From positions 3,458 through 67,457 of the forward strand of contig JAJYGN010000063.1 of NCBI GenBank assembly GCA_021790675.1: a stretch of DNA of 64,000 bases. Reading direction: 5' to 3'. The DNA comes from Actinomycetes bacterium (GTDB taxonomy: Bacteria > Actinomycetota > Acidimicrobiia > Acidimicrobiales > RAAP-2). The position numbers were made by a program, and so were the translations under genes. The notes under the pieces were generated by a model. It saw only the letters and a list, made by a program, of their open reading frames with translations, did no database searches and was not told where the DNA came from. Shown piece by piece: positions 1 to 15,411 of this stretch. How positions within the stretch are numbered: the stretch's first letter is position 1; every line of letters starts with the position of its first letter.

Positions 1-85
1 GCGACGCGTTGAGGAGAAGTGCACGGCGCCACACTAGAAAGACCACTCGCTTCACGGAGGTCAACCCCGTGATTCTTAACTCAAT

Positions 86-3583
<3,498 letters not shown>

Positions 3584-3631
3584 TGCCCCATCAGGCTATG
3601 CGGTCGCGTACCCAGTTACTACGCTGAGAGC

Positions 3632-4171
3632 GTGAAGATCTACACGCGCGGTGGAGACAAGGGCATGACCGGTCTCTTCTTCGGCGGGCGCGTGGCCAAG
3701 ACCTCGGCCCCGATCGAGATCAATGGCGCCGTCGACGAGGCGCAGGCGGCCCTCGGCTGGGCGCGTTCGCTCAGTGAGCCGACGAGCCGGATCAACGACC
3801 TGCTGGTGTCGCTGGAGCGTGACCTGTGGGTGCTGATGGCCGAAGTGGCCACGCTCGAGGAGAATCGCCGCAAGCTGGTCGATGGATCGACGCGCGTGAC
3901 GGCGGCGATGATCACGCGACTCGAGGAGCTGATCGACGAGCTCTCGGCCGACACCGAGATGCCCGACGAGTTCGTGGTGCCGGGCGAGACCCAGCTGTCC
4001 TCGGCCCTCGACGTCGCCCGCACGGTGATCCGGCGCGCGGAACGACTGGCGGTCGGCCACCCGATCGAGGGGTCCTTCGTGATCGCGTACCTGAATCGCC
4101 TCAGCGACCTCGCCTGGACGATGGCGCGCTGGGTCGAGGGACCCGAGCACCGCACCGCCCGAATCCGCTAA
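3632..4171 (+). CDS. PduO-type cob(I)alamin adenosyltransferase
   Basis: Start reassigned to GTG 3632 (KIYTRGGDKGMT); motifs GAVDE, FVVPG, ARTVIRRAER, YLNRLSD; TACGCT 6 nt upstream; divergent from metH. Confidence 0.93.
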   Translation: MKIYTRGGDKGMTGLFFGGRVAKTSAPIEINGAVDEAQAALGWARSLSEPTSRINDLLVSLERDLWVLMAEVATLEENRRKLVDGSTRVTAAMITRLEELIDELSADTEMPDEFVVPGETQLSSALDVARTVIRRAERLAVGHPIEGSFVIAYLNRLSDLAWTMARWVEGPEHRTARIR

Positions 4172-4184
4172 CCAAGGAGAGGTC

Positions 4185-5684
4185 ATGACCCGACACGCCC
4201 GACTCGTACGGCCCGATGAGGGTCGCGAATTCGCGGCGATCGCCGTGCCGGTACTCGTCGACGGCGATGGCGCCTTCGTGTCCGAAGCCGTCGTCGCGGC
4301 CCTGCCGGACGCGGGTCTCGTGCCGACGCTCTCGAGCGAGTGGTGCAGCGCGCACGGCCTGACGGAGTCGGCGGGCACGGCGGTCGTCTTGCGCAGACTC
4401 GCTGGACCGATGGTGGTGCTCGCCGTCGTGGGCGCCACCTTGAACGACCTGGAGTCGTACCGGCGCGCCGGAGCGGCGGCCGTTGAGGCCGCGGGCGAGG
4501 TCGACGTGGCCTTCTTTTTGCCGACCGATGGTGTCGAGCATCCCGAGGAGGTGGCCCAGGCCCTCGTGGAGGGTGCACTGCTCGCCTCGTATCGCTACCT
4601 CGATGACTCGGAGACCACGTTCGCGGTCGTGCCAGTGGGAGCGCCGCTGCCGAGCGTGGACGCTCACGACGCGGTGGATCGGGGACTGGCGCGCGCGGCG
4701 GTCGTAGCTGACGCGGTCAACTGGGCCAAGCAGCTCATCAACACCCCGGCGAACGCGATGACCCCGCGCGACCTCGCGCGCGCCGTCATCGAGCGTCTTG
4801 ACATCAGCCACGTCACGACGCGGGTGTGGAACGAGGACGACGTGGCCGCCGAACGCTGCGGGGGCGTGGTGGGCGTTGGCCAGGGCTCGGTCCACCCGGT
4901 GCGCCTGGTCTTTGCCACCTACGATCCCGAACCCGGCGCCACGATGCCCCACGTGGCCCTCGTGGGTAAGGGCGTGACATTCGACTCGGGGGGCCTCAGC
5001 CTCAAGCCGGCGGCCGACATGCACCTCATGAAGACCGACATGACCGGCGCGGCCGTCGTGATGGCGACTGTGGCGGCCGTAGCGAGCCTGGGCCTTCGCG
5101 TTCGCGTGAGCGCGATCGCGCCCATGGCCGAGAACGTCGTCGGCGAGAACTCGATCAAACCCGGCGATGTGGTGACGATCCGCAATGGCCTCACGGTCGA
5201 AGTGCTCAACACCGACGCCGAAGGGCGCCTCCTGCTCGCCGACGGACTCAGTTTGGCGGTCGAGGCCGAACCCGACGCGATCATCGACATCGCGACGCTG
5301 ACCGGGGCCCAGCGCGTCGCTCTGGGCAACGACGTGGGGGCGATGTACGCGACGACCGACGAGCTGGCGCGCTACGTCTCGTCGGCGAGCGCGCGCAGCG
5401 GCGAGCCCTTCTGGCGCATGCCGCTGACCGCCTCGTACCGCAGCCAGCTAGAGAGCTACGTGGCGGACCTGGCCAACATCGGCAAGGCCGGCCAGGCGGG
5501 CTCGGTGGTCGCCGCTCTGTTCCTCGAGCGGTTCACCGCGGGCGTTCCCTGGGTGCACCTCGACGTCGTCGGGCCGGCGCGGGCGGAGGCGACGAAGGGT
5601 TACACGACCAAGGGCGCGACGGCTTTCGGTGCGCGAACGCTCATTCACCTGCTCGAGGCGGTTGCGGACGAGTCGTCGCGCTAG
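4185..5684 (+). CDS. pepA: Leucyl aminopeptidase (M17)
   Basis: LVGKGVTFDSGG, MKTDMTGAA, NTDAEGRL, DIATLTGA motifs; AAGGAG RBS. Confidence 0.93.
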   Translation: MTRHARLVRPDEGREFAAIAVPVLVDGDGAFVSEAVVAALPDAGLVPTLSSEWCSAHGLTESAGTAVVLRRLAGPMVVLAVVGATLNDLESYRRAGAAAVEAAGEVDVAFFLPTDGVEHPEEVAQALVEGALLASYRYLDDSETTFAVVPVGAPLPSVDAHDAVDRGLARAAVVADAVNWAKQLINTPANAMTPRDLARAVIERLDISHVTTRVWNEDDVAAERCGGVVGVGQGSVHPVRLVFATYDPEPGATMPHVALVGKGVTFDSGGLSLKPAADMHLMKTDMTGAAVVMATVAAVASLGLRVRVSAIAPMAENVVGENSIKPGDVVTIRNGLTVEVLNTDAEGRLLLADGLSLAVEAEPDAIIDIATLTGAQRVALGNDVGAMYATTDELARYVSSASARSGEPFWRMPLTASYRSQLESYVADLANIGKAGQAGSVVAALFLERFTAGVPWVHLDVVGPARAEATKGYTTKGATAFGARTLIHLLEAVADESSR

Positions 5685-6273
5685 GCACGCGCCGCACCCG
5701 CTGCGCGCGCGTGGGGACCTCACGCCCTCGCGAGGTCGACGGCTGGTCGCGCCCGTCGCCGCGACCGACGAGCACCGTGGCCACAAGCTCTTCGTCAACG
5801 ATGCCTGCCCAGTCGAGCACTTCGCGCTCGTGGCGGAAGTTTCCCCACAGGGCGGCCTGAAGTCCCGCCTCCTCAATCAGCAAGAGGAGGGCCATCGTCG
5901 CCATCGCCGCGTCGCTCGTCCAGTAGGGGACGGTCCACGCCTCGCGCCGCGCGAGGTCCGAAGTGGCCTTGTCGGGCTCGGCGTAGCGCGCGAGGTAGTC
6001 CTGGGGACGCGTCGTGACGAGCACGACGGCGCCCGCGCGTGAGACGCCGGCGTAGCGGGGCGAGCCCTCGCGCCAGGCGGCGTCGGTGGCGACGTTGAGA
6101 TAGTCGATCACGTGCTCGCGGCCCAGCGTGTTCATGCGCACGCCCGCGCTGTTGCCCGCGGTCGGTGCCCACAGGGCGTCGGCGCAGCATTGGTCGAGCC
6201 AGTCGAGGTCTATGGGCGTAGCGTCGAAGGAGCGCACCATGCGCCGACGCGCCAGGAGTTCACGCAATTCCAC
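5641..6273 (-). CDS. Nitroreductase family protein
   Basis: N-terminal RRRMVRSF and APTAGN motifs. Confidence 0.85.
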   Translation of the reverse strand: MELRELLARRRMVRSFDATPIDLDWLDQCCADALWAPTAGNSAGVRMNTLGREHVIDYLNVATDAAWREGSPRYAGVSRAGAVVLVTTRPQDYLARYAEPDKATSDLARREAWTVPYWTSDAAMATMALLLLIEEAGLQAALWGNFRHEREVLDWAGIVDEELVATVLVGRGDGRDQPSTSRGREVPTRAQRVRRVPSATTRPQPPRAGE

Positions 6274-6347
6274 GCGTCGGGTCTAGCAGGCGGGCGAACC
6301 AATTGTTAAGTGGACCGGTAGGATTTGCCCACCGAGAAGGAGGAACG

Positions 6348-7514
6348 TTGGCCACCCCCCGAGAACTACTAAACGCCGCCAAGGCCGAGATTCGCGAAAT
6401 CGACCCCCACGACGTGGCCGCGAACCTCGAGAACTACCGCATCCTCGACGTGCGCGAACCCGACGAGTACGAACAGGGCGCGGTTCCCGGCGCAGTGCAC
6501 ATCCCGCGCGGTCAGCTCGAGTTCTCCGTCGAGGCGCGTCTGCTCGATAAGGACGCCTCCGTCGCCGTCTACTGCGCGGGCGGGGTCCGTTCGGCCTTCG
6601 CGGCGCGCACGCTCCAAGAACTCGGTTACACGAACGTGGTCTCGGTCATTGGCGGCTTTAACAAGTGGAAGGACGAGGGCCTGCCCTGGTCGACGCCGCG
6701 AGCCTTGACCGCCGATCAGCGCAACCGCTACCAGCGCCACCTCCTGCTGCCCGAGGTGGGCGACGAGGGCCAGATGAAGCTGCTCGACGCCAAGGTCCTC
6801 CTCCTGGGGGCGGGCGGTCTCGGCTCGCCCGCCGGGCTCTACCTGGCCGCGGCCGGCGTGGGCACCATCGGCATCATTGACATGGACGTGGTCGACGCGT
6901 CGAACCTGCAGCGCCAGGTGCTGCACAACATGGACCGCATCGGCATGCGCAAGGTCGACAGCGCCAAGGCGACCCTGACTGCGATCAACCCCGACCTGAA
7001 GGTCAACACCTACGACGTGCGTTTGGGTGCGGACAACATCCTCGAGATCATCGACGGTTACGACGTCATCGTCGACGGCACCGACAACTTCCCGACGCGC
7101 TACCTGGTCAACGACGCGGCGCTGCTGAAGAACATTCCGGTCGTTCATGGGTCGATCTTCCGCTTCGAGGGCCAGGCGACGATCTTCAGCCCCTACGTGG
7201 GCCCGTGCTATCGCTGCATGATCCCCGAGCCGCCGCCGGCCGAGCTGGCGCCCAGCTGCGCGGAGGCCGGAGTGCTCGGTGTGCTGCCGGGCATTATCGG
7301 ATCGATTCAGGCGATCGAGACGATCAAGCTCATCCTCGGCCTCGGCGACCCCCTGATCGGGCGGCTGTTGACCTATGACTCGATGGACGAGAGCTTTCGC
7401 ACCTTCCGCGTGCGCCGTGACCCCAACTGCCCGGCCTGTGGCGAGAACGCGGGTCCGATTCAGATCGCCGAGTACGACGATCTCTGCATGCCCCACGTGG
7501 TGGTCGGGGCCTAG
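6348..7514 (+). CDS. moeB: Rhodanese-MoeB/ThiF fusion (molybdopterin synthase adenylyl/sulfurtransferase)
   Basis: TTG start after AGGAGG; N-terminal rhodanese (LDVRE, YCAGGVRS), then RYQRHLLL, GAGGLG, SNLQRQ and two CxxC pairs. Confidence 0.93.
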   Translation: MATPRELLNAAKAEIREIDPHDVAANLENYRILDVREPDEYEQGAVPGAVHIPRGQLEFSVEARLLDKDASVAVYCAGGVRSAFAARTLQELGYTNVVSVIGGFNKWKDEGLPWSTPRALTADQRNRYQRHLLLPEVGDEGQMKLLDAKVLLLGAGGLGSPAGLYLAAAGVGTIGIIDMDVVDASNLQRQVLHNMDRIGMRKVDSAKATLTAINPDLKVNTYDVRLGADNILEIIDGYDVIVDGTDNFPTRYLVNDAALLKNIPVVHGSIFRFEGQATIFSPYVGPCYRCMIPEPPPAELAPSCAEAGVLGVLPGIIGSIQAIETIKLILGLGDPLIGRLLTYDSMDESFRTFRVRRDPNCPACGENAGPIQIAEYDDLCMPHVVVGA

Positions 7515-8029
7515 ACCCTCACCACCAGCGTGCCGGCGAATTTGTCGTGCAGGGTCTGTTTGCGCGCGTCAAAGAGCGGGAACAGGCAGTCGATGAGGGC
7601 GATCACGGTGGGAATTGCCGCGTAGGACGTCGGCAGGGTGACGTCGAGCACGCTGTAGATCGCGATGAACCCCCAGCGGCGTAGCGCCTGGCTGCTCGTG
7701 ATCGCCGCGCCGGTCAACGCGTCGCGCACGGCCGTGTCGACGACGCGATTGCCGATGGTCTGGCCTTTCACCGAGGCGAGGAAGTGCACCATGTAGGCCC
7801 CCTGCACCGCCAGCGCGGCCAGGGCGCCTACGTAACGACCCGTGACGTCGGCCACGAGCAGGAAAGCAATCGACGAGGGGATGAACAAGAGCAGGTTGTC
7901 GACCATGGTCGCCCCGACTCGTCGCCACCAGCCTGAGAGCGCGACCGCGCTCGTCGGCGCTGCGACGGGGGTTCCACAGACGGGGCAGAAGGCGCCGTCG
8001 ACCTCGCTTCCGCACTGGGCACAGTTCAT
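7511..8029 (-). CDS. Zinc-ribbon + RDD family membrane protein
   Basis: CAQC..CPVC N-terminus; WWRRVGATMVD, GQTIG, KQTLHDKFAGT. Confidence 0.88.
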   Translation of the reverse strand: MNCAQCGSEVDGAFCPVCGTPVAAPTSAVALSGWWRRVGATMVDNLLLFIPSSIAFLLVADVTGRYVGALAALAVQGAYMVHFLASVKGQTIGNRVVDTAVRDALTGAAITSSQALRRWGFIAIYSVLDVTLPTSYAAIPTVIALIDCLFPLFDARKQTLHDKFAGTLVVRV

Positions 8030-8099
8030 CTGACCATTGTGGTCGCTGGCGCCGGGGGCTCCGGTGATGCTGGGGCGACGTAGAGCGTAAATTGGCCAG

Positions 8100-9680
8100 A
8101 TGGCTGAGGAACGGGTGACTGATTCGGGTATTGAGATTCATCCGGTCTACGGACCCGAGGACCTCGCGAGCTTCGACGAGGCCAGCGCCCTCGGGTCGCC
8201 GGGACGCTATCCCTTCACCCGGGGGGTGCATCCCACGATGTATCGCGGCCGCCTCTGGACAATGCGCCAGTACGCGGGATTCGGCACGGCCGAGGCCACC
8301 AACCAGCGCTTCAAGTTCCTCCTCGGCGCGGGCCAGACGGGACTCTCGTGCGCCTTCGACCTGCCGACGCAGATGGGATTCGACGCCGATCATCCGCGGG
8401 CCGAGGGCGAAGTTGGCAAGGTGGGCGTGGCGATCTCTTCGATCGACGACATGCGCCTGCTCCTGGCCGACCTGCCGCTCGATGAGGTGACCACGTCGAT
8501 GACCATCAACGCGACGGCCTCGACGCTCCTGCTGCTCTACCAGCTCGTCGGCGAGGACCAGGGGGTCGCCGGACACCAGTTGCGCGGGACGATCCAGAAC
8601 GACATCTTGAAGGAGTACGTCGCGCGCGGCACCTATATCTACCCGCCGCGCCCGTCAATGCGCCTGATCGTGGACACCTTCGCCTACTGCGCGAAGGAGA
8701 TGCCCCAGTGGAACACGATCTCGATCTCGGGCTATCACATTCGCGAGGCCGGCTCGACCGCGGTCCAAGAGATCGCCTTCACTTTGGCCAACGGCGTCGC
8801 CTACGTCGAGGCCGCGTTGGCGGCGGGCCTCGCCCTGGAGGACTTCGCGCCGCGGCTTTCGTTCTTCTTCAACGCGCACAACAACCTCTTCGAGGAAGTG
8901 GCCAAGTATCGCGCGGCGCGGCGCCTGTGGGCCTCGATCATGGCCACGCGCTTTCACGCGACGGATCCCAAGGCGATGATGTTGCGCTTTCATACTCAGA
9001 CCGGCGGCTCGACGCTGACCGCCCAACAACCCGAGAACAACATCGTGCGCGTCACCGTCCAGGCCCTGGCCGCGGCCCTCGGTGGCACCCAGAGCCTGCA
9101 CACCAACGGGTTCGACGAGGCGCTGGGACTGCCTACCGAGCGCGCCGCGCGCCTCGCGCTGCGCACCCAGCAGATCCTGGGTTACGAGTCCGGAGTCGCC
9201 GATACGGTCGATCCGCTCGCCGGGAGCTACTACGTTGAGTCGCTCACCAACGAGGTGGAGTCGCGTGCCCGCGAGTACCTGGCGGCGATCGACGAACGTG
9301 GGGGAGCGGTGGCGGCCATTGAGGCGGGCTACATGCAGAACGAGATCGAGACGGCCGCCTACGAATTCGCCCGCGCCGTAGACCGCGGCGACAAGGTCGT
9401 GGTCGGGGTCAACCGCTTCGCCGATGGCGAGTCGAGCGCCGCCGACGTCTTTCCGATCGACCCACAGAACCAGCGTGACCAGGTGCACCGGGTGCGCGAG
9501 CTCAAGGCCGCGCGCGATCAGGACGGCGTCGACACGGCCCTTCGCGACCTTGAGACCGCCGCGCGCGGCTCGGCCAACGTCCTCTATCCGATGAAGGTGG
9601 CCCTCAGTCGGCGGGCGACCCTCGGTGAGGTGTCCGACGTCCTACGCGGGGTCTTCGGCGAGTACCACCCGCAGAGTTAG
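8100..9680 (+). CDS. Methylmalonyl-CoA mutase family, substrate-binding subunit (split type, no B12 domain)
   Basis: [41 protein letters not shown]; no DxHxxG B12 domain. Confidence 0.93.
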   Translation: MAEERVTDSGIEIHPVYGPEDLASFDEASALGSPGRYPFTRGVHPTMYRGRLWTMRQYAGFGTAEATNQRFKFLLGAGQTGLSCAFDLPTQMGFDADHPRAEGEVGKVGVAISSIDDMRLLLADLPLDEVTTSMTINATASTLLLLYQLVGEDQGVAGHQLRGTIQNDILKEYVARGTYIYPPRPSMRLIVDTFAYCAKEMPQWNTISISGYHIREAGSTAVQEIAFTLANGVAYVEAALAAGLALEDFAPRLSFFFNAHNNLFEEVAKYRAARRLWASIMATRFHATDPKAMMLRFHTQTGGSTLTAQQPENNIVRVTVQALAAALGGTQSLHTNGFDEALGLPTERAARLALRTQQILGYESGVADTVDPLAGSYYVESLTNEVESRAREYLAAIDERGGAVAAIEAGYMQNEIETAAYEFARAVDRGDKVVVGVNRFADGESSAADVFPIDPQNQRDQVHRVRELKAARDQDGVDTALRDLETAARGSANVLYPMKVALSRRATLGEVSDVLRGVFGEYHPQS

Positions 9681-9973
9681 GCGCGATCAATCGGTGCCGC
9701 GAAGTGGGTCACCTGGGGTACCTCGACGTACCAACGGTGGGTGAGCGTTCGCCAGGACTCGAAGAGGTCGCTCTCGCGAAAGGCCAGGTGGGCCTCGACC
9801 GACTCCCAGCGCACGAGCAAGAGGTAGACGGAGGGGTCCTCGACCTGGCGGCGCACCTCGGCGCCGTGACAGCCGGGCGCGGATTCGATGATGGGCAGGG
9901 CACGCGCCATCGAGGCCTCAAATTCCGCGGCGGCGTCGGCGGAGATTCTCAGTAGGGCGTGCTCGACTTTCAC
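9677..9973 (-). CDS. Antibiotic biosynthesis monooxygenase (ABM) family protein
   Basis: 98 aa; [17 protein letters not shown] pattern. Confidence 0.85.
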   Translation of the reverse strand: MKVEHALLRISADAAAEFEASMARALPIIESAPGCHGAEVRRQVEDPSVYLLLVRWESVEAHLAFRESDLFESWRTLTHRWYVEVPQVTHFAAPIDRA

Positions 9974-11124
9974 GCGCGCTCCATCAGCCTCGCGCGAAGT
10001 CGCGCGTCGAGGGCGATTCCCGCGCCGGTGTGCGCGAGGGCTTTCGCACCGTCGATCACCGCGCGGTCGGCGCTGTCGCTGACGCAGGCGGCCGTGAACT
10101 CGGGCTGGTGGTTGACGGCGCCGTGGGTGTCGATGGCCAGCAGCGGGTGGATCGAGGGAACCGCGAGCGAGACGTTCGCCATGTCAGTCGAGATCGTCGG
10201 CAGCGCCTCGCCGGCGTCGTCGGCGCGAAAGCGCCGTCCGAGGTCCTCGGCCGCTCGCCGGTAGTGGGCGAGCATGTCCACGTCGGAGACCATGTGCGAG
10301 AACGCGCTGCCGAGCTCCTCGACGGAGAGCTGCGCGCCGGTCGCGAGGGCGCCGGCGCGAAAGCAGGCGTCGAGTTGTGTGCGGAGCTCGGCGAGGCGCT
10401 CGCTGGTGCTCGAACGGGCCATGAAGCGACCCACCACGTGCGCCGGGATGATGTTGGCGGCCGAGCCGCCCTCGAGCACGATGCCGTGAACCTGGTCGCC
10501 GCGGCGCAGTTGCTGGCGCAGCAGGCCGATCGCGACCTGAGCGATGGTGAGAGCGTCGAGTGCGTTCACTCCCTCCCACGGGGCGGCCGACGCGTGGGCG
10601 TCGCGACCGTGGTAGGTCACGTCGAAGTGGTCGACCGCGAGGCACGCGGCCTCGAGACGGTCCTCGGGCCACGGGTGCACCATCATCGCGGCGTGCGCGT
10701 CGTCGAAGTAACCCGCGCGCAGCAGGTCGATCTTGCCGCCGCCGCCCTCCTCCGAGGGCGTGCCCAGCAAGATGACGGTGAGATCGAGCTCGTCGGCCAC
10801 CGCGGCAAGGCCGATGGCGGCGCCGAGGGAGGACGCGGCGATGATGTTGTGCCCGCAGGCGTGGCCCACGTCGGGCAGCGCGTCGTACTCCGCGCACAGC
10901 GCGACGTGCAGGCTCCCCGAGCCCTTGATGGCGCGAAACGCGGTGGCGAGTCCGCCGGCACCACGCTCGACGTCAAAGCCCGCGGCCTGCGCCGCGCGCG
11001 CGACGGCCTCGGCGCTTTCGTACTCCTCGTAGCCCAACTCGGGATGCGTGTGGACGAAGTGACTGACCTCGAGCAGCGCCGGCGCGGCCGCGTCGATCGC
11101 CGCGGTGATGGCGTCGGTGGTCAT
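9970..11124 (-). CDS. M20 family amidohydrolase
   Basis: [39 protein letters not shown]. Confidence 0.92.
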   Translation of the reverse strand: MTTDAITAAIDAAAPALLEVSHFVHTHPELGYEEYESAEAVARAAQAAGFDVERGAGGLATAFRAIKGSGSLHVALCAEYDALPDVGHACGHNIIAASSLGAAIGLAAVADELDLTVILLGTPSEEGGGGKIDLLRAGYFDDAHAAMMVHPWPEDRLEAACLAVDHFDVTYHGRDAHASAAPWEGVNALDALTIAQVAIGLLRQQLRRGDQVHGIVLEGGSAANIIPAHVVGRFMARSSTSERLAELRTQLDACFRAGALATGAQLSVEELGSAFSHMVSDVDMLAHYRRAAEDLGRRFRADDAGEALPTISTDMANVSLAVPSIHPLLAIDTHGAVNHQPEFTAACVSDSADRAVIDGAKALAHTGAGIALDARLRARLMERA

Positions 11125-12863
11125 TCGATGGTCACCACGACGTCGCCGGTCGCCACGGAGTCACCCTCGGTGACGCGCACCGCGCTGACCACGCCGGCGC
11201 GTTCGGCGGCCACGGCGTTCTCCATCTTCATGGCCTCGAGGATGACGACCGTCTCGCCCGCCTCGACGCTCTGGCCGACCGTGACGTTGACCTTGACGAT
11301 GGTTCCCTGCATGGGGACCGTGACGTTGCCCGAGCCGCTGCCCACGACGCCGGCGTGGTGCTGTCGGCGGGGCTTGGCGGCGGTGCTGACCGCGGCGGTG
11401 CCCTCCTCCGGATTCACCCACAAGGTGACGTTCACGCGCCGACCGTTCACTTCGGCCGTCACGTCGCGGCGCACGCGCGCGTCGGTCTCGCCGAGCGCGG
11501 GGGGCGCGCTCGTGATGCTCGAGAAGTCGAGGGTCTCTTCGACCCACTTCGTTGAGTGCGTGCCCTTGACGAAGTCCTCGCTCGACAGGATGATCGTGTC
11601 GGCGGGCAGGGTCGTCGCGACTCCTTCGATCACCGTCTCTTCGATCGCGCGCAGCAGTCGGCGACGAGCGCGCTCACGGTCCTCCGCCCAGACGATCAGC
11701 TTGCCGATCAGGTTGTCGTAGTACTGCGAGACGGCGTCGCCCGCGCCGTAGCCGGCGTCGAGGCGCACGCCTGGTCCACCGGGCTGCTCGAAGCGGGTGA
11801 TCAGTCCCGGTGACGGGCTGAAGCGGCCGCCGGCGGCGTCCTCAGCGTTGATGCGCACTTCAATGGCGTGGCCGCGACGCACGATGTCGGACTGGCCGAA
11901 CGTCAGCGCCTCGCCTGCGGCGACGCGTAGCTGCCACTCGACGAGGTCGAGTCCGGTCACCAGCTCGGTCACGGGGTGCTCGACCTGGAGGCGCGTGTTC
12001 ATCTCGAGGAAGTAGAACTCGCCGTCCTGGTAGAGGAACTCGACGGTGCCGGCGTTGACGTAGCCACAGGCGCGCGAGACCTTGACCGCGGCCTCGCCCA
12101 TGGCGACGCGCACCTCGTCGGGGAAGTTGGCCGCCGGCGACTCCTCGACCAGCTTCTGGTGGCGGCGCTGGGCCGAGCAGTCGCGCTCACCCAGCCAGAG
12201 GGTGTTGCCGTGGGTGTCGGCGAGCACCTGCATCTCGATGTGTCGTGGCCAGGTGAGGTAGCGCTCGACGTAGCACTCGGGGCGACCGAAGTAGCTCTGG
12301 GCCTCGCGCTGGGCGCTCTCGAGAGCCGCCTGGGCGTCCTCGGGCGCGTGGACCACCTTCATCCCGCGTCCGCCACCGCCGTAGGCGGCCTTGATGGCGA
12401 CCGGCCAGCCGAACTCGTTGCCGAAGGCGACGACCTCTTCGGACGTGGCGAGCGTCTCGCTGCGTCCGGGCACGCCCGCGACCCCGGCGCGCTCGGCCGC
12501 GATGCGTGAGGAGATTTTGTCACCCATGACTTCGATGGCCTCGGGCGGGGGGCCGATGAAAGTCACGCCGCGCGACGTGATGGCGCGCGCAAAGTCGGTG
12601 TTCTCGCTGAAGAAGCCATACCCCGGGTGCACGGCGTCGGCGCCGCTGGCCTCGATCGCCGCAAGGATCGCTTCGGTGTTGAGATAGCTTTCGGCGGCGG
12701 TTGTTCCGCCGAGCGCGTAGGCCTCGTCGGCCAGACGCACGTGCAGCGCGTCGCGGTCGAGCTCGGAGTAGACGGCGACGGTGGCGATGCCCATCTCGCG
12801 GCAGGTGCGCATGACGCGGACCGCGATCTCGCCCCGATTGGCGACCAGGACCTTCTGTAACAC
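11121..12863 (-). CDS. accA: Acyl-CoA carboxylase alpha subunit (biotin carboxylase + BCCP)
   Basis: GTG start after GGAGG; [23 protein letters not shown], biotinylation motif EAMKM. Confidence 0.94.
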   Translation of the reverse strand: MLQKVLVANRGEIAVRVMRTCREMGIATVAVYSELDRDALHVRLADEAYALGGTTAAESYLNTEAILAAIEASGADAVHPGYGFFSENTDFARAITSRGVTFIGPPPEAIEVMGDKISSRIAAERAGVAGVPGRSETLATSEEVVAFGNEFGWPVAIKAAYGGGGRGMKVVHAPEDAQAALESAQREAQSYFGRPECYVERYLTWPRHIEMQVLADTHGNTLWLGERDCSAQRRHQKLVEESPAANFPDEVRVAMGEAAVKVSRACGYVNAGTVEFLYQDGEFYFLEMNTRLQVEHPVTELVTGLDLVEWQLRVAAGEALTFGQSDIVRRGHAIEVRINAEDAAGGRFSPSPGLITRFEQPGGPGVRLDAGYGAGDAVSQYYDNLIGKLIVWAEDRERARRRLLRAIEETVIEGVATTLPADTIILSSEDFVKGTHSTKWVEETLDFSSITSAPPALGETDARVRRDVTAEVNGRRVNVTLWVNPEEGTAAVSTAAKPRRQHHAGVVGSGSGNVTVPMQGTIVKVNVTVGQSVEAGETVVILEAMKMENAVAAERAGVVSAVRVTEGDSVATGDVVVTIE

Positions 12864-12925
12864 GCACACCTCCGCAGTGATTTCTATTTTTCTACCACTT
12901 ACCTTCCAAACCCTAATCTTTGAGG

Positions 12926-13657
12926 GTGAACTCACTCGTCTGGCGCGTCGAACACGTGACCGAGGTTGACTCGACCAACGACGCCGTCGTCGAACGCGCC
13001 CGCGCGGGCGAGGCCGAGGGCCTGGTGCTCGTCGCAGATCACCAGAGCCGCGGCCGTGGACGGCTAGGGCGTACCTGGGACGCGCCGCCGGGCTCGGCGC
13101 TGCTGTGCTCGCTCCTGCTGCGGCCCGCGCTCGACGACGACCAGGCCCAGTGGGCGGTCGGTGCCGTTGCGCTGTCGGCGCGTGCGGCGCTAGCGCGCTT
13201 CGGGTTGGCCTGCGAAATCAAGTGGCCTAACGACCTGCTCGTGGACGACGCCAAGATTGCCGGGATCCTCGCGGAGCTCGTCACGGCGCCCTCGCGCGGG
13301 GTCGTCGTGGGCCTCGGCCTCAACCTGAGCGACAGTCCCCCCGACGTCGGTGCGACCCACCTGACGCGCCACCTTGATACTGCACCGTCGGCACGCGAAC
13401 TTCTCGACGTCGCCCTGGAGGAGCTGAGTGCCCGACGTGACTGGCTGGACTCGTCTGACGGGCTCGCGCGCCTCGCCGCGCAGTACCGCGAGGCCCTGGC
13501 GACTATCGGTCAGCGCGTCGTCGTGCACCAACGCGAAGGGTCATGGACGGGGACCGCACGTGACGTCGACGACATGGGTCGCTTGATCGTGGACGGCGCC
13601 GATGGCGTGCGTGTCGTCGCGGCGGGCGACGTCGTGCACCTGCGAGCCGACCGATGA
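12926..13657 (+). CDS. birA: Biotin-protein ligase (no HTH)
   Basis: [27 protein letters not shown]; TAATCT 6 nt before GTG 12926. Confidence 0.93.
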   Translation: MNSLVWRVEHVTEVDSTNDAVVERARAGEAEGLVLVADHQSRGRGRLGRTWDAPPGSALLCSLLLRPALDDDQAQWAVGAVALSARAALARFGLACEIKWPNDLLVDDAKIAGILAELVTAPSRGVVVGLGLNLSDSPPDVGATHLTRHLDTAPSARELLDVALEELSARRDWLDSSDGLARLAAQYREALATIGQRVVVHQREGSWTGTARDVDDMGRLIVDGADGVRVVAAGDVVHLRADR

Positions 13658-14574
13658 CGCGCGCCACGCGGGTTCTTGTGACCGGTGCGGCCGGCCAGGT
13701 CGGCGTCGACGTGGTGGACACGCTGCGCGCGCTGCCCGTGCCCGGCGCCGACGAGCACTATTGGGCCGACGCACGCGGCGTCGACGTCGGCGAGTTCGAC
13801 GTGCTCGCCCTCACGCGTCACGACGTCGACTTCACCGACGAGACCGCGCTGGCCGCGGCGGTGGACCGCGCTCGCGCCGACGTCATCGTGAACCTGGCCG
13901 CCTACACCGCGGTGGACCGCGCCGAGGCCGACACGGCGACCTGCTACGCGGTCAATGACGCCGCGGTGGGCGCCCTGTCGCGCGCGGCCGGCGAGGTTGG
14001 TTCGCACCTGATCACGATCTCCACCGACTACGTCTTCGACGGCGCCAAGGGCGCGTCCTACGTCGAGGACGATCCGACGGGTCCCCTCAACGTCTACGGC
14101 GCCTCCAAGCTCGCCGGCGAGCGTCGCTGCTCGGATCGCGACACGATTGTGCGCACGTCCTGGGTGATGGGAGTGCGGGGGCGCAACGTGCTTCGCGTGA
14201 TCGCCCAGCGGGCGGCGAGCGGAGACACCGTGCGCTTCGTGAGCGACCAGATGGGCACGGTGACCGTGGCGGCGGACCTCGCGCGAGCGCTCGTGGTGCT
14301 CGTGCGCGAGCGGCCGGGCGGCACGTGGCACGTGGCCAACGAGGGGGCAACGACGTGGTTCGACGTGGCTACCTTCGCCGGTCGCGAACTGGGACGCGGT
14401 GACGACTTCGCAACGGCGATCTCGACGGCGGACCTCGTGCCCGCGCCGGCGGCCACCCGTCCGGCGCGCGCCGACCTCTCGACCGAGAAGTTCCTCGCCG
14501 CGGGCTTCCGACCGCCGCCGCCGTGGCGCGACGGTGTCGCTCGCCTGCTTGCCGGCCGGGACGGCTCATGGTGA
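13654..14574 (+). CDS. rfbD: dTDP-4-dehydrorhamnose reductase
   Basis: VTGAAGQVG, AAYTAVD, STDYVFDG, YGASKLAGE. Confidence 0.93.
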   Translation: MTRATRVLVTGAAGQVGVDVVDTLRALPVPGADEHYWADARGVDVGEFDVLALTRHDVDFTDETALAAAVDRARADVIVNLAAYTAVDRAEADTATCYAVNDAAVGALSRAAGEVGSHLITISTDYVFDGAKGASYVEDDPTGPLNVYGASKLAGERRCSDRDTIVRTSWVMGVRGRNVLRVIAQRAASGDTVRFVSDQMGTVTVAADLARALVVLVRERPGGTWHVANEGATTWFDVATFAGRELGRGDDFATAISTADLVPAPAATRPARADLSTEKFLAAGFRPPPPWRDGVARLLAGRDGSW

Positions 14575-15410
14575 GCCCCACGATCAGCGCGGTCGTCGTG
14601 GACTATCGGGCGGGCGAGGCGCTCGCGCACTGCGTGGCCTCGCTGCGGGCCAACGGCGTCACCGAGGTCATCGTCGTCGACAACGCCGAAACCCCCGAGA
14701 GCGTGCGCGTCCTGGCTGGCGACGCCGCTACGGTGGTCGCGGCCGGTGTGAACCTCGGCTATGGACGTGGCGTGAATCGGGGCGCGGCTCTCGCCACGGG
14801 CGAGTATCTGGTCGTCTCGAATCCGGACATCGTCGTGCACGAGGGCGCGGTGGCAATCCTCGTCGCCCACCTGTCGGCCCACCCCGAGGTGGGCGTCGTG
14901 GCGCCGCGCATCGAGCGACCCGACGCGAGCATCTATCCCTCCCAGCGGGTCTTTCCCAACGTCTGGCTGGCCGGGGCGCACGCTCTGCTCTCACCGGTGT
15001 GGCCCGAGAACCCCGCGACGCGCCGCTACCGCGCGGCGCGCGTCGACGGCACGGTCGAGTGGGTCTCGGGCGCCTTCTTCGTCATGCGCCTCTCCGACTT
15101 CGAGGCGGTAGGCGGTTTCGATGAGCGTTTCTTCATGTTCGCCGAGGACATGGATCTGTGCTGGCGGGTGCGCGAACGCGGCCTGGGAATCGCCGCGGTC
15201 AACGAGGCCGTCGTCACCCACGCCGAGGGCCTGTCGCGGCGCCACGCGACGCGCGCGATGCTGGTGGCCCATCACGTCAGTGCCCTGCGCTTCGAGGCCT
15301 ACCACGCGCGCGGCTGGCGACGGCTCCTGGTGCCGGTGGCGGCGATCGTCCTGGGCGTGCGTCTCGCAGTCGCCCTGGTCACGACGGGCGCGGCGACCCA
15401 CACGGAGTAG
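14568..15410 (+). CDS. GT2 glycosyltransferase (WbbL-like rhamnosyltransferase)
   Basis: VVDN, NLGYG, NPD, WVSGA, GGFDERFFMFAEDMDLC; follows rfbD. Confidence 0.88.
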   Translation: MVSPTISAVVVDYRAGEALAHCVASLRANGVTEVIVVDNAETPESVRVLAGDAATVVAAGVNLGYGRGVNRGAALATGEYLVVSNPDIVVHEGAVAILVAHLSAHPEVGVVAPRIERPDASIYPSQRVFPNVWLAGAHALLSPVWPENPATRRYRAARVDGTVEWVSGAFFVMRLSDFEAVGGFDERFFMFAEDMDLCWRVRERGLGIAAVNEAVVTHAEGLSRRHATRAMLVAHHVSALRFEAYHARGWRRLLVPVAAIVLGVRLAVALVTTGAATHTE

Positions 15411-15411
15411 A

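Noticed and set aside
3584-3631. Cobalamin or SAM riboswitch before metH
   Set aside because: The intergenic space is only 48 bp and holds divergent -10 elements
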